Below, in pieces: positions 40,548-57,395 of a DNA stretch of 64,000 nt (its first letter is position 1; every line of letters starts with the position of its first letter). The DNA lies in contig CAWJCS010000004.1 in NCBI GenBank assembly GCA_963841435.1, forward strand, positions 845,934-909,933. The letters run 5' to 3'. Position numbers and translations under genes: made by a program. The notes beneath the pieces were generated by a model. The model was not told where the DNA came from. It searched no databases and saw only the letters and a program-made list of their open reading frames with translations. The stretch comes from an uncultured delta proteobacterium (GTDB lineage: Bacteria > Myxococcota_A > Polyangia > Polyangiales > Polyangiaceae).

Positions 40548-41231
40548 ATGGCCGACGATGCACTCACGATCGCTTTCGATGTCTACGGAACGCTGGTCGA
40601 TCCGGCCGGGATGGCGGAGCACCTGCGCGCCGACGTGGGCGACGATGCGGTGGCCTTCGCTACGCTGTGGCGGGAGAAGCAGCTCGAATACTCCTTCCGG
40701 CGCGGGCTGATGCAGCACTATGCGACGTTCTTCGTCTGCATCGCCGAAGCGCTCGAGTTTTGCGCCGAGCGCTTCCGGGTGGGCATGTCGCCGCAGCGGC
40801 GGGCGGAACTGATGGAGGCCTACGAGTGGCTGCCGGCGTTCGCCGATGCGGAGCGAGGGCTGAGCCGATTGCGCGCCGCCGGCCACCGGCTGTTCGCATT
40901 CTCCAACGGGACCGCCGGCCATGTGGATACGGTTCTGAACTATTCCGGTCTGCGCGGTTTGCTCGAAGGCGTGATCAGCGTCGACGATCTGAAGACATTC
41001 AAGCCGGCTCCCGCCGTCTACGCCCACGTGCGGCGTGCGACCGGGGCCTGGTCGCAGCCTTGCTGGCTCGTCTCCGGCAATGCCTTCGATGTCATCGGTG
41101 CCCGCGCCGCCGGTCTGGATGCGGCCTGGGTGCGGCGGTCGGACGCGCACCTCTTCGACCCCTGGGGGATCGAGCCGACGCTGACCGTCTCCGGCCTCGA
41201 TGATCTCGCCGACGGCTGGCGCCCGGCGTGA
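40548..41231 (+). CDS. Haloacid dehalogenase type II
   Basis: AFDVYGTLVD; WREKQLEYS; FSNG; KTFKPAPAVY; LVSGNAFDV.GA. Confidence 0.88.
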   Translation: MADDALTIAFDVYGTLVDPAGMAEHLRADVGDDAVAFATLWREKQLEYSFRRGLMQHYATFFVCIAEALEFCAERFRVGMSPQRRAELMEAYEWLPAFADAERGLSRLRAAGHRLFAFSNGTAGHVDTVLNYSGLRGLLEGVISVDDLKTFKPAPAVYAHVRRATGAWSQPCWLVSGNAFDVIGARAAGLDAAWVRRSDAHLFDPWGIEPTLTVSGLDDLADGWRPA

Positions 41232-41238
41232 ACCGATC

Positions 41239-44200
41239 CTAGAACTCGATATCGACGCGCGGCGGCCCGGTGTCGTCGGCTGCGTAGACCGCCGGCAGTC
41301 GAGGACCTGGTCGCCGCGGACGCCGTAGCTTGTCGATCAGCGCCCGCCGGACGGCGAGCGTCCTCGCCTCGGCGAGGCCGCGCAAGGCGCCTTCCGCCGC
41401 TGCCGGATCGGCCGCCGTCGCGGCGGTGCGATCGGCGCCCGTCGCCCGGCCGCAGACCTTGACGCGGACCTTGTCGTGCTCGCCGAGAACCCCCGCCAGG
41501 CGCTCGAGGGCGGCGTTGGCCTGAGCGTCGAGGGTGGCCTCGCCCGCCGTGAACGGGATCGGCGGCAGCTGCGGCGTGCCCGCGTCCGGCGACGCCGGCG
41601 ATGACGGTGACCGGCAGCAGGGCGAGGCGGAAGGGGGCCAGCACCGCCCCCTTCAGCACGTTGGTGACGGCCTGGCCGATGGCGTCGCCGAAGTCGAACG
41701 ACGGCGCGGTGAGATCGCCCGAGAGCGGGATATCGAGTTTGATCCGTCCTTCGTCGTCCTGAATCAGCCCGATCGCCGCCCCGACCGGCAGGCCGATGGT
41801 CTGTTCGACCTTGGAGGCCTCCTCGGCAGACGCCGATTGCACGGCAAGATCGCCGACGTTGAGCCTGAGCACGCCCGCGAGCTTGCCGGCGTCGGCCGTC
41901 GCGTCGGCATCGACCTTGAGGCTGCCGCTCTCGAAGTTGAGCCCGGCGGCGCGCAGCGTGTACGGCGACAGCGGCGGCAACTGCAACTGCTGAACCCGAA
42001 CGGCCAGGGCGAAATCGGGCTTTTTGGCGATGGGTGAGGCCCAGCCCTGGATTTCGATCGGTGTGAACTCGTTCAGCGTCGCGCGAAGGTAGAGATCGGT
42101 GCGCCCGTCCGGCTTGGTCGTATCGAGTGTGCCGAGATCAAGCGCCTTGACCTGCAGCTTGAAGCGTTCCGGCGGTTTGATCGAGGTATCGAGGAAAGTC
42201 GATGGTGGCGCCGTTGACGACGCGGACTTCCTCGATCCGCACCGGCTTTGTCTCGGCGGTCTTTTCCACTTTCGCTGCCACCTCTTTCGCCGCCGGATTG
42301 CCGCCGAGCTCCGAAATCCACGCCGTCGAGATCGCCGCGTCCACGTTGTCGAGGGTGAGCGCGCCTAAGTTGATGGCGCCGCGATCGTTGGTGGAGAAGC
42401 CTTCGGTCTCGACGCGGGCGGCCTTGAAGCGGGGGATCGGCGCCTGACCGCCGGCGCGGAGGTCCGACAGCGCGGCGTCGATGGCGACGCGCCAGCTCTC
42501 CGGCTTCGGCTTGCCCTGCTGCAACTCGCGCAGCTTGATCTGCGCCGCACCGAGATCGATGGCGCCCCCCGCCATCGTATCCAGCGCCGGCGACCGTATC
42601 GCCAGCCGATCGGCGGCGAGGTGAGGTCGCCGTCGAGGTCGAGGCCGGCGCCGCCGGTGCGCACACCGACGGATGGCGCATCGATGCGCACCGCGTCGGC
42701 GCCGGCGGTGCTGCCGGTCGGCTTGCCGCTTGGTCCGGGCAGAACCGCGCGCCAGCCCGCGTTCGGCTGCTTGATCTCCGCCTTCAGCCGGCCTTTTAGC
42801 TGCATCGCCTCCGGCTTGATCGACCCGTCCAGCTCGGAGACCTGGAACGTCAGGCCCGTCGCGTGCACCGTCGGCTGCACGGGGACCGCCGGCAGGCCAG
42901 ATCGATGCTTTCGGCGGTGAGGTTGGCGGCGCCGGAAACGCTCGTCGCCGATGGTGCGGCGGTGAGACCGAGATCATTGACATCGAGTGCGATCGCTTCC
43001 GCCGCGAGATTGGCCGCATCCCCGGAGCCGGTTTTGCCCCCCGGTTGAGCGGAGGGAGCGTGTTGGGTTGCCTTTGCCGCCGAAGCGGACGCCGACAGCG
43101 ACGTCTTCACTTGCGTCGAATTTGGGCCGATGCGCAGCGATAGATCGTGGATATCGACGCCGGGGCTGGTCAGGTTCACCTCGGCCGGCTGGGGTCCAGT
43201 CTGCGCGAGGCTGAGCGTGTCGGCGGTAAATTTGGCCTGCGCGGTGATCGTGTTGGCATCGCCGTCTCCTTCGACGCCGACGCGGGCGAGATCGAGCTTG
43301 GTCCCGTTCAGCTCGATCGTCTGCGCCGCCGCCTGCTCGCCGCCGGCGGCCAGCGTCACGGCCAGCATCGGGCTGGTGAGCGTTGACGCGGCCGCCCACC
43401 TTGAGCCGCTTATCCTCCTTCTCGATGCTGAGTTCGCCGATCTCCGTGTCGATCCCGGATGAGCGGAAGGACGTGGCACCGCCGTCCCGCCGCCGGGCGG
43501 TGCCGCCTTAGATCTCCGTTCCCTTCAGGGTTCCCGCGGTGTTCAGCGACAGCGCTCCCTTCGGCGACGATCGTCAGATCGACCGGCGTCAAGCGCGAGG
43601 TTCAGCTCGCCGCCGAGGCGACGGCCGGACCGCTCAGTGCCGCATCGGCGACATCGAGCGCGGTTTGGCCTGCAAGGCGAGGCTGTCGTCGGTCCCGATG
43701 TCCAGCTTGAGATCGGTCGGCGACAGGACCGCCCGGCCGAACGTCAACCGCCAGCCCGTCCGGCAGCTCGATCTTGCCGGTTGCCGCCTGGAAGCCGAGG
43801 GACCCGGCGGTGCCGGCCTCGCCCGCCGGCGAAATGCGGGTGCGCAGGGAATAATTACCGGACGCCCGCTGCATCGCCAGGTGCCCCATCTCGGCGCGGG
43901 CCACGTCGACGTCGGCGACGGACAGGTCACCCGTAACCGAGAAATCGGCGCCCGTCTTGGGCTCATGGGTCAGTTCGCCGGCGCCGCTCACGTTCAGTCG
44001 TCCGGCGCTCGGCTTCAGACCCAGATCGCCGGTGAAACGCTCGATCTTCGCCCATTCCACGTCTTTGAGGCGAAAACGCCAGACGCACGTGCGTCTCCTC
44101 GGCGAACGGCCACGCTTCGCCTTCGATTTGCAGAGGAATTTCGTTCAGGCTGCCGTCGACGGCGAACGTTCCCGGCTTGTCCGGCTGCCACGTTCGAAAA

Positions 44201-44783
44201 CCGATCAGATCGAGCCGGTTGATCGCCAGTCGCGCCTCGCCGCGATCGGGAATGGCGTAGACGACCTGCGAGTTGCGAAGCTCGAACAAGTCCAGCCCCG
44301 CTCCCCAGCCGCTCTCCTCCTTCTGCTTGTTCGCCGCTGCTTCCTCCGGCGGCGGAAGCAGCTTCTTCAGGGGCACGCCGTTAATGGTGATCTTGTGCTC
44401 CGCATCCTCGGCGACCCGTCAACTGCAATCCCTCGATGACGAGCGTCGTCAGAAGCGCGTGGCGCTGGAAGATCGGAGGCAGCGAGAACTGGAGGGCCAT
44501 ACTGGTGATTTGTCCCGGATCGGCGTCGCCGAGACTGAACCGCGCCGGCCCGAAGGTGATGCGGCCCTTCCAGAGCTCGACGTCGAGGGTCCGCGTGCCC
44601 TGGACATCGATGCCGAGACCTTCGACATAATGAGCGAGCACGAGGCGGCCGACGTAGCGGGGAGCGACGACGAGGATAGCGGCAAGGACCAGGACGATCG
44701 CGCCGACGATCAGGAGGATGCGGCGGAGTCTATGTTTTTCTGCGATCGCTGGACGTGGTCCTGGGTTGCGTTTCGCCCGCCAC
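41239..44783 (-). CDS. Large DUF748-type envelope protein (many frameshifts)
   Basis: N-terminal TM (RRILLIVGAIVLVLAAILVV); beta-rich repeats; LPPLSPY..AAG..FESG.L; IKLDIPLSGDLTAPSF. Confidence 0.7.
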
Positions 44784-46138
44784 CGTTCCTCCTCTCCCTG
44801 TCCCCGCCTGCCGGCTCGCTCGGCGGCGCCGACACCGCCAGCTCCTTTAACGTGAGGCCGTCGAGCGCGCTCGCCACGGCATCTTCGATCCGCTGCTGGC
44901 ACATCCCGACGCTGGGCACCTCCGTCTCCGCGGTTTCACCCCCGTGCACCCCGGCCCGCATGGCATCCCACACCGCCGTGACCGAAGTCTGCTCGAGAGG
45001 CTTCGTCGCCACCAGGCGGGGCGGATGGTCGGCCGTGCGGGCGACAAGGCCGGAGCTTTCCAGCCGTTCTAACGTGGTGCAGACCGCATCGTGCGTAAAG
45101 CCAATTCGATTGACCAGCGTTTCGACGGCGAGCGGCGGCTCGCCCTTGTATTGAGCCGCGCCGATGGCCTGCATGACCGACAACGCGATCTTCTCCTGCA
45201 CCCGGCCGCTGACGTGGCGCGCCCGGCTCACCAGGGTCGCCCGCGGGTACTGGACGTAGAAGGCGACGGCACACCCGGCGAGCAGGATCAGCCAGTTCAC
45301 GTTGAGCCAGATCAACAGCAGGATCAGGGCGGCGAACGCCGAGTAGATGGCGGTGTAGCTCGTCGAGCCGGCGACGAAGCGGGAAAAGAACCAGGCGGCG
45401 AGCGCCCAGGCGGCGCCGGCGACGATGCCGCCGGCAAGCGCGGCGGTGAAGTGGACGCGGGTGTTCGGGATGAGCCAGTAGAGGAGGACGGAGCCGAACA
45501 TGACGACGACGATCGGCAGCAGCTCGGTGAGTATTGCTGGATCAGCTGGCCCACGGGGCCGATGGTCGTCATTTCCGAAACGAAGGCCGAACTCATGATC
45601 GAGCCGGTGAGGGCGAGATGCGGTGAACAGGAGGATCGGTCCGACGACGATGATGGTGAGATAGCGGGTGAACGACTGGGTGATCGAGCGCCCCTCGCTG
45701 ACGTGCCAGATCGTATTCGCCGCGTCCTCCAGCTTCCGGCCCATCGAAATCGAGGTGTACAGCAAGAAGACGACACCGATGGCGCCGAGCACGCCGACAT
45801 TGACGTTTTCGACGAACGATATGATGCGATCGGTGATCTCGCCCGCCTTCGGCCCGATCGGCGCCAGCGCCTGTTTCAGCAAGGGGGCGAGCTGGTTGTG
45901 GCCGCCGAGACCCTTCAGCACCGAAAAGGCCAGCGCCAGCAGCGGCACCACCGACAGCAGCGTCGTATAGACGAGACTGGACGCATGCAGCGGCAACAGT
46001 CCCTGGACGATGTCGCGGGCGACCGCATAGCCGATGAAATAGACATGGCGGAGGTGGCGGCGCCACACACCTTCCCCGTAGAGGAAGGACGGGGTGTATT
46101 TGTTCGGCTATGGGCGGGCCGCCCGCTGTCTTTCGGCA
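44710..46138 (-). CDS. YihY/BrkB family inner-membrane protein with C-terminal wHTH
   Basis: ASSLVYTTLLSVVPLLA; ANTIW.V...R; LYWLIPNTRV; IYSAFAAL.LLLIWL...W.I.L.G. Confidence 0.88.
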
Positions 46139-46178
46139 TGAGGGGCACAACGCAGCCAAAACCGCGCAAAGTGCCAGA

Positions 46179-46993
46179 CTAATGCGATCCGCGGCTCAAC
46201 AAAATGCCGACCATGATCACGCCGATGACGATGCGGTAGTAGGCGAAGGGGGCGAAGCCGTTGCGCGAGACGAAGCGGATGAGGGTGCGGACGACGACGA
46301 GGGCGGCGAGGAACGCAGCAATGAAGCCGGTGGCGATCAAGGTGCTCGTCGTCGAAGCTGAGAAACGCCCAGTTCTTGTAGAGATCGTACACCGTCGCCG
46401 CCAGCATCGTCGGGATGGCGAGAAAGAAGGAGAACTCGGTCGCCGCCTCGCGACCGACGCCCAACAGCATCGCTCCCATGATCGTCGCGCCGGAGCGGGA
46501 GACGCCGGGGATCATGGCGACGCACTGGCAAAGCCCGATCTTCAGCGCCAGTCCCGGCGTCACCTGATCGATATGCGCCACCGTCGGCTGCCGCCGGAAG
46601 CGCTCGATCAGGAGAATGGCGATGCCGCCGAGGACGAGCATGGTCGATACCACCCAGGGGGTGAACAGCACGCCCTTGATGAAATCGTGGGCCAGCGCAC
46701 CGATCACCATCGCCGGCAGAAATGCCCAAGAGGATGTTGGTCGCGAACCGCTGCGCCGCGTGATCGGTAAAAAGGCCGAGCGCCACATGCGTCAGCCGCC
46801 GCCAATAAAGGACGCAGACGGCGAGGATCGCGCCCGAGCTGGATCGAAATCTCGAAGACCTTGCCCGGCGGCCCGTGGAACCCGAGGAGTCGACGAGAAG
46901 GATCAGATGACCGGTCGACGAGACCGGAATGAACTCGGTCAGCCCTTCGACCAGACCGAGGAGAGCGGCGAAGACATACGACGTATGGTCCAC
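46179..46993 (-). CDS. uppP: Undecaprenyl-diphosphate phosphatase (frameshifted)
   Basis: LGLVEGLTEFIPVSSTGHL; QCVAMIPGVSRSGATI; EFSFFLAIP. Confidence 0.95.
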
Positions 46994-47221
46994 GGGCGGC
47001 GATCCCGGCGGTAGAGGAGGGCGAGGAAACATCCCCGAACGGGGCGGCAAGGATGTAGCGCGTCAACGCCGCGTTGTCCAATCAAGACGGCGTCGAGGCG
47101 AGGCGGCGGCGTACGCGGGGCGGTTGCCCGATAGATCCCAATGGCCCACTGCTCTCAAAGGTGATACGGGAGTGGCTGCAGAGAAGCGTTAGCGTTCTGG
47201 AAGTACCACGGCGTTTGATAC

Positions 47222-47425
47222 TTAGTTGTCCTGCCCTTCGCCGATGCGCGGTGGGCCCGGCCGACGCTGGGCTATTTCCACCAGCGTTTCTATCCGGATC
47301 AGCCGGCCTTCGTGATCGATCACGCGCTTGCTCACGTCCTGCAGGCCGTCCGCCAGTTGCTGAAGCTTGCTCTCCATCAGTATCACCTGGCGGATGCTCT
47401 TGAGCAGGCTGTCGATCGTGCTCAT
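47222..47425 (-). CDS. Small coiled-coil hypothetical protein (reads in frame with the upstream RHH gene in this assembly)
   Basis: MSTIDSLLKSIRQVILMESKLQQLADGLQDVSKRVIDHEGRLIRIETLVE; ATGA junction at 47422-47425. Confidence 0.55.
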   Translation of the reverse strand: MSTIDSLLKSIRQVILMESKLQQLADGLQDVSKRVIDHEGRLIRIETLVEIAQRRPGPPRIGEGQDN

Positions 47426-47704
47426 CCGAAGCGCCCGTGAGCGGCCCAGGTCGATCTCCTCAAAGTAATGCCGCATGGCTTGCAGCTCGGCGAGGGCGGC
47501 ATCCACTTTTGCTTCGGTCTGTTCGACCACGGCGGCCAGTTCCTCGGCGAGAAGTCGCAAGGTCCCGTCATTGCGATCGGGATCGTAAGCTTCGACCGCC
47601 CTGCGCACCAACTCGCTAGAGGTGATCCCCAGTGCCTTGGCCTGCGCCTCGATTGACGCCTTCGCCTCGGGCGTGAGCAGGATGGTCAGGCGTGCGGACC
47701 GCAT
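47422..47704 (-). CDS. CopG/ribbon-helix-helix protein with coiled-coil tail
   Basis: RLTILLTPEAKASIEAQAKALGITSSELVRRAVEAY, typical RHH pattern. Confidence 0.7.
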
Positions 47705-47735
47705 CGGGGGGTGTTCCGACCGGACATTGCGGATG

Positions 47736-47753
47736 TTATCATGTGCATGATAA
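47736..47753. promoter_or_regulatory. Palindromic putative operator upstream of the RHH gene
   Basis: TTATCATG-TG-CATGATAA perfect 8-bp inverted repeat ~30 bp upstream of ATG 47704. Confidence 0.6.
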
Positions 47754-48098
47754 TGGCGGCGGCGATCTCAGGCAATCGGATTACGGGCATAGCGCGGCCA
47801 CACCGGCGGCCAAAGAAAACCTTGCGGGCATCGGACAAGTTTGTAATCTGCGAGGCCGGCCCATGTCCAGCGCGCGTATTCAGTGCATATGCGTGCGTCC
47901 GATGGGCACCTGCCGATCTGCCGATCGGGCCGAACGGATCGCGGCACCTCAAACGTCGGGGGCGAGGCGCATGTCGGGAAGCGGAAGTGCGGCGACAACG
48001 ACGCCGAACCGCGGGCAACGCGGAGGCGACCGGGACATTTGGACCGGAGCCGGGTCTTCTCAGGGCTGACGACGGACGAGCGGCGATCATAGACGAGG

Positions 48099-52763
<4,665 letters not shown>

Positions 52764-52765
52764 GC

Positions 52766-54219
52766 ATGGGAAAACCCACGGGTTTCAAGGAAATCGCCCG
52801 CCGCGACCGGCCTTACGAGCCGATCGGCCAGCGCATCAAGCACTGGCGGGAGTTCGTGCTGCCGCTGCCGGAGGCGGAGCTGAGCCGGCAGGGCGCGCGC
52901 TGCATGGATTGCGGCATTCCCTTCTGTCACACCGGCTGCCCGATCAACAACATCATCCCCGACTGGAACGATCTGGTCTTCCACGGCAACTGGCGCGACG
53001 CGCTCGACGTCCTGCACTCGACGAACAATTTCCCGGAGTTCACCGGCCGCATCTGTCCGGCGCCATGCGAGGCCGCCTGCACGCTCAACATCAACGACCA
53101 GCCGGTGACGATCAAGTCGATCGAATACGCGATCATCGACAAGGGCTGGGAAGAGGGCTGGGTCCGGCCGCAGATCCCGGCGGCACCGCACCGGCAAGCG
53201 GGTGGCCGTGGTGGGATCCGGGCCGGCCGGCCTCGCCTGCGCCCAGCAGCTCGCCCGTGCCGGCCACACCGTCGTCGTCTACGAAAAGCGCGACCGGATC
53301 GGCGGCCTGCTCCGCTACGGCATTCCCGACTTCAAGATGGAGAAGCACTGGATCGACAAGCGGATGGCGCAGATGCAGGCGGAAGGGGTGGAGTTCCGCC
53401 CGAACAGCCATGTGGGGGCGAGCATCCCGGTCGCCAGGCTGCTCCGCGAATGCAATGCGGTGGTCCTCGCCGGCGGCGCCGAGCAGCCCCGCGATCTGCC
53501 GGTGCCGGGGCGCGAACTGGACGGCATCCACTTCGCCATGGATTTCCTCACCCAGCAGAACGCCCGCGTCGCCGGCGCGGCCGGGGACGATGACGGGGCG
53601 ATTCTCGCCACCGGCCGTAAAGTGGTGGTGATCGGCGGTGGCGATACCGGTTCGGACTGCGTCGGCACGTCGATCCGCCAGGGTGCCGCGTCGGTGACGC
53701 AGCTCGAGATCCTGGCGCGGCCGCCGGAGAAGGAAGACAAGAGCCCTGACGTGGCCGAACTGGCCGCTGAAGCTGCGCACCTCCACGTCGCAGGAGGAAG
53801 GCTGCGAGCGCGACTGGGCGGTGTCGACCCGCCGGATCATCGGCAACGGCCGCATCGAAGCGCTGGAACTGGTCCGGGTCGACTGGCGGAAGGACGAAAA
53901 GGGCGGCTGGCGGCTGGTCGAAATGCCGGACAGCGCATTCATCATCGAAACCGACCTGGTGCTGCTGGCGATGGGCTTCGTCCACCCGGCGCACGACGCG
54001 CTGATCGAGGACCTGAACGTCGCCCTCGACGAACGCGGCAACGTCAGGGCCGACACCGAGGTCGAACCCGGCGCCTACCAGACCAACCAGCCGAAGGTGT
54101 TCGCCTGCGGCGACATGCGCCGCGGCCAGTCGCTGGTCGTCTGGGCGATCCGCGAGGGCCGCCAGTGCGCCCGCTCGGTCGATCAATTCCTGATGGGCTC
54201 CTCGGAACTGCCGCGGTAG
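52766..54219 (+). CDS. gltD: Glutamate synthase small subunit (frameshifted)
   Basis: [57 protein letters not shown]. Confidence 0.97.
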
Positions 54220-54245
54220 GAGGTAGGACCTTCGGATGCCGCTCA

Positions 54246-54509
54246 ATGCCGACGGTGGCAATCGTTTTCGGAATGGCGATTATCTTCTATTATGACGACC
54301 ATGATCCTCCGCATTTCCACGTCAGGGCGCCCGGTTTTCGCGCCAGGTTCGATCTGGAAGAGCTAACCGTGGTCGAAGTTGAAGGTCACATGCGCCCCCA
54401 CGACTACATTCGTCTTCGCAACTGGGCGAGGCGCCATCAACCGGCGCTTCAGGCCAATTGGGAGAGAGCCAGACGAAAGGAGCCTGTGCTGAAGATCGAG
54501 GACCGCTGA
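54246..54509 (+). CDS. DUF4160 family protein (putative toxin)
   Basis: [26 protein letters not shown]...W...HQ.AL..NWE. Confidence 0.85.
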   Translation: MPTVAIVFGMAIIFYYDDHDPPHFHVRAPGFRARFDLEELTVVEVEGHMRPHDYIRLRNWARRHQPALQANWERARRKEPVLKIEDR

Positions 54510-54811
54510 TGTTGCATCGCATCATCGCTGCGAGCGCACGCCCGGACTTTACGATCGAGGTCGTGTTCGAACAGAACGAACGGGCCGTTATTGACGTCTC
54601 GGATTTCGTTGCCACCGGCGAGGTGACGGCGCCTCTGCGAAACGACCCCGGCTTCTTCGAGTCGGCGCTGAGGGTCGTCGACGACGGCGATGCGATCGGC
54701 TGGCCGGGAGGCGTGGAGATCGATGCCGACGCCGTATGGTACAAGGCGCACCCTGAGCACTGGGAGCGGGATTACCGTCCGCGAGAGCGGCGAGAAGAAC
54801 AGGCGGGCTGA
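54509..54811 (+). CDS. DUF2442 family protein (putative antitoxin)
   Basis: Coupled via TGATG; IEVVFE...IDV..F...PLRNDPGFF....V...AIGWPGGVEIDADAVW. Confidence 0.8.
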   Translation: MLHRIIAASARPDFTIEVVFEQNERAVIDVSDFVATGEVTAPLRNDPGFFESALRVVDDGDAIGWPGGVEIDADAVWYKAHPEHWERDYRPRERREEQAG

Positions 54812-54829
54812 TCCGAAGGATGTTAACCA

Positions 54830-55066
54830 ATGATCGTCTTTGATCTGAAGTGTCGGCAGGGGCACGGCTTCGAGGAGTGGTTCGCCAGCTCCGACGAGTT
54901 CGAGACCAGGCGCACGACGGACGACATCGCTTGCCCGGAATGCGGTGATACGCATATCGAGAAAGGGTTGATGGCACCGCGGGTCAACGGCGGGGCGCCG
55001 GGGCCGGCCACCCCGTGCGGGATGCCGGCCTGCGGCGCCGGAGCGTGCGCGATGATGGACGACTGA
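54830..55066 (+). CDS. DUF1178/FmdB-like zinc-ribbon protein
   Basis: MIVFDLKCRQGHGFEEWFASS...CPECG...IEK.LMAP. Confidence 0.8.
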   Translation: MIVFDLKCRQGHGFEEWFASSDEFETRRTTDDIACPECGDTHIEKGLMAPRVNGGAPGPATPCGMPACGAGACAMMDD

Positions 55067-55101
55067 GGTAAATCGCGGCATCGCTGTCTCCACGTCCCCG
55101 A

Positions 55102-55479
55102 ATGTTCCGGGTGTTTCTCTTCCTCGGCTCGCTCAACGGGCTTGTTTCCGTTGCTGCCGGCGCCTACGGACGGCACGGCCCGTTCGACGACTACGGCCGC
55201 GAGATGTTCGCGATCGCATCGCAGTACCAGATCACCCACGCGCTCGCGCTTCTCGCTGTCGCCTGGCTGGCGAGCCGGCCCGAGAGCTGTCGGCGGCTGA
55301 CGATCGCCGCCGGCGCCTGCTTCGCGATCGGCATCGTCTTGTTCTCCGGCACGCTTTACTGGTTCGGCATCAGCCGCGTCGTCCCGCTCCCGGGTGCGGC
55401 GCCAGTCGGCGGCGCGCTCCTCGGGGCCGGCTGGCTCGCCCTGATGATCGAGGCGCTTCGTGGCTTGCGTCGCCGCTGA
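55102..55479 (+). CDS. DUF423 family membrane protein
   Basis: GAYGRH; YQITHALALL; GIVLFSGTLY; APVGG..L..GW. Confidence 0.85.
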   Translation: MFRVFLFLGSLNGLVSVAAGAYGRHGPFDDYGREMFAIASQYQITHALALLAVAWLASRPESCRRLTIAAGACFAIGIVLFSGTLYWFGISRVVPLPGAAPVGGALLGAGWLALMIEALRGLRRR

Positions 55480-55504
55480 AGCCGACCGCTGAGCGGCCTC
55501 TAAC

Positions 55505-55532
55505 AAAAAAGCCGGCCCGAAGGCCGGCTTTT
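55505..55532. terminator. Bidirectional intrinsic terminator
   Basis: AAAAAAGCCGGCC-CGAA-GGCCGGCTTTT between convergent genes. Confidence 0.85.
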
Positions 55533-55550
55533 CGTCGCAATGGTGGTCGC

Positions 55551-57395
55551 TTAGGCGGCGGACGAGATCGTCCACACCTCGGGCGACTTGGAGGCGCGCT
55601 CCTCGAGTTCTTGACGCTGTTTCTCAAGTTCGGGCGGTAAGTGGTTGCCGAACTTGGCGAAGTAGCCCTTGATTTCCGCCGCTTCGGCGAGCGCGCCCTC
55701 GCGGCTGATGTCCATGATGTGGGCGTACTTGTCGGGCGAGAAGTCGAGGCCGGCCCAGGTGATGTCCTCGTAGCGCGGGCTCAGCCCGAATGGGCTCTCG
55801 ACCGCGCCGGAGCGGCCGCGGACCCGATCGACGATCCACTTCAGGACGCGCATGTTCTGGCCATATCCCGGCCAGATGAACTTGCCGTTCTCGTCCTTGC
55901 GGAACCAGTTGACGCGGAAGATCTTCGGCAGTTTCAGGGCGGCGTTGGTTCCCGTCTTCACCCAGTGCGCCCAGTAATCGGCCATGTTGTAGCCGATGAA
56001 CGGCAGCATGGCGAACGGATCGCGACGGATGGCGGCCTGGCCGATGGCCGCGGCCGTCGCTTCCGATCCCATGGTCGCCGCCATGAAGACGCCGTGGTTC
56101 CAGTTGAACGACTTCGTAGACGAGCGGGAACGTCTTCGACAGCCGGCCGCCGAAGAGGAACGCCGAGATCGGCACGCCCGGCCGGGTCTTCCCACGCCGG
56201 ATCGATCGTCGGGCACTGTCCCGCCGGCGCGGTGAATCGCGCGTTCGGATGGGCGCCGGGCTGGCCGCGACTCCGGGCGTCCAGTCGTTGCCCTTCCAGT
56301 CGATCCCGTGCGCCGGCGGCGGGCCCATGCCCTCCCACCAGACATCGCCGTCGTCGGTGAGGACGACGTTGGTGAAGATGCAGTTGCCGGGCTTCATCGT
56401 GTCCATCGCCATCGGATTGGACGCATACGACGTGCCGGGGGCGACGCCGAAGAAGCCGTACTCGGGATTGATGGCGCGCAAGCGAGCCGTCGGGGCCCGG
56501 CTTGATCCAGGCGATGTCGTCGCCGACGGTATACGCCTTCCAGCCCTCGAAGCCGTCCGGCGGCAGGATCATCGCCAGGTTGGTCTTGCCGCAGGCCGAT
56601 GGGAAGGCGGCAGCGACGTAGGTCTTCTCACCCTGCGGCGATTCCAGGCCCAAGATCAGCATGTGCTCGGCGAGCCAGCTTTCGTCGCGGGCCATCGTCG
56701 AGGCGATGCGCAGTGCCAGACACTTCTTGCCGAGCAGCGCATTGCCGCCGTAGCCGGAGCCGTACGACCAGATCTCGCGGGTCTCCGGGAAGTGGCAGAT
56801 GTACTTGCGGCTGATGTCCGGCTCGCACGGCCACGGCACATCCTTCTGCCCGGGTGCGAGCGGCGCCCCGATCGAATGCACGCAAGGGATGAATTCGCCG
56901 TCGCCCAGCACATCGAGCACCGCTTTGCCCATCCGCGTCATGATCCGCATGTTGGTCGACAACGTAAGCGCTGTCGGTGATCTGGACGCCGATCTTGGCG
57001 ATCGGTGAGCCGAGCGGCCCCATCGAGAAGGGGATCACGTACATCGTCCGGCCGCGCATGCAGCCGTCGAACTGGCCGCGGAGGATGCCCTTCATCTTTT
57101 CGGCATCTTCCCAGTTGTTGGTCGGCCCGGCCTCTTCCTTGGTCTTCGAGCAGATGTAGGTGCGATCCTCGACGCGGGCGACATCCGACGGGTGCGAGCG
57201 CGCAAGGAAGGAGTTGGGCCGCTTTTCCGGGTTGAGGCGGGTAAAGGTGCCGGCTTGCACCATCTCCTCGCACAGCCGGTCGTATTCCGCTTGTGAGCCG
57301 TCAGCCCAGTGCACCCGATCCGGTTTGCACAGGGCCTCCCATTCCTTGACCCACGCGAGCAGTTTCGCGTTGTTGGTTGGTCCAGTTGCCGTCAT
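55551..57395 (-). CDS. pckG: Phosphoenolpyruvate carboxykinase, GTP-dependent (frameshifted)
   Basis: [71 protein letters not shown]. Confidence 0.95.
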
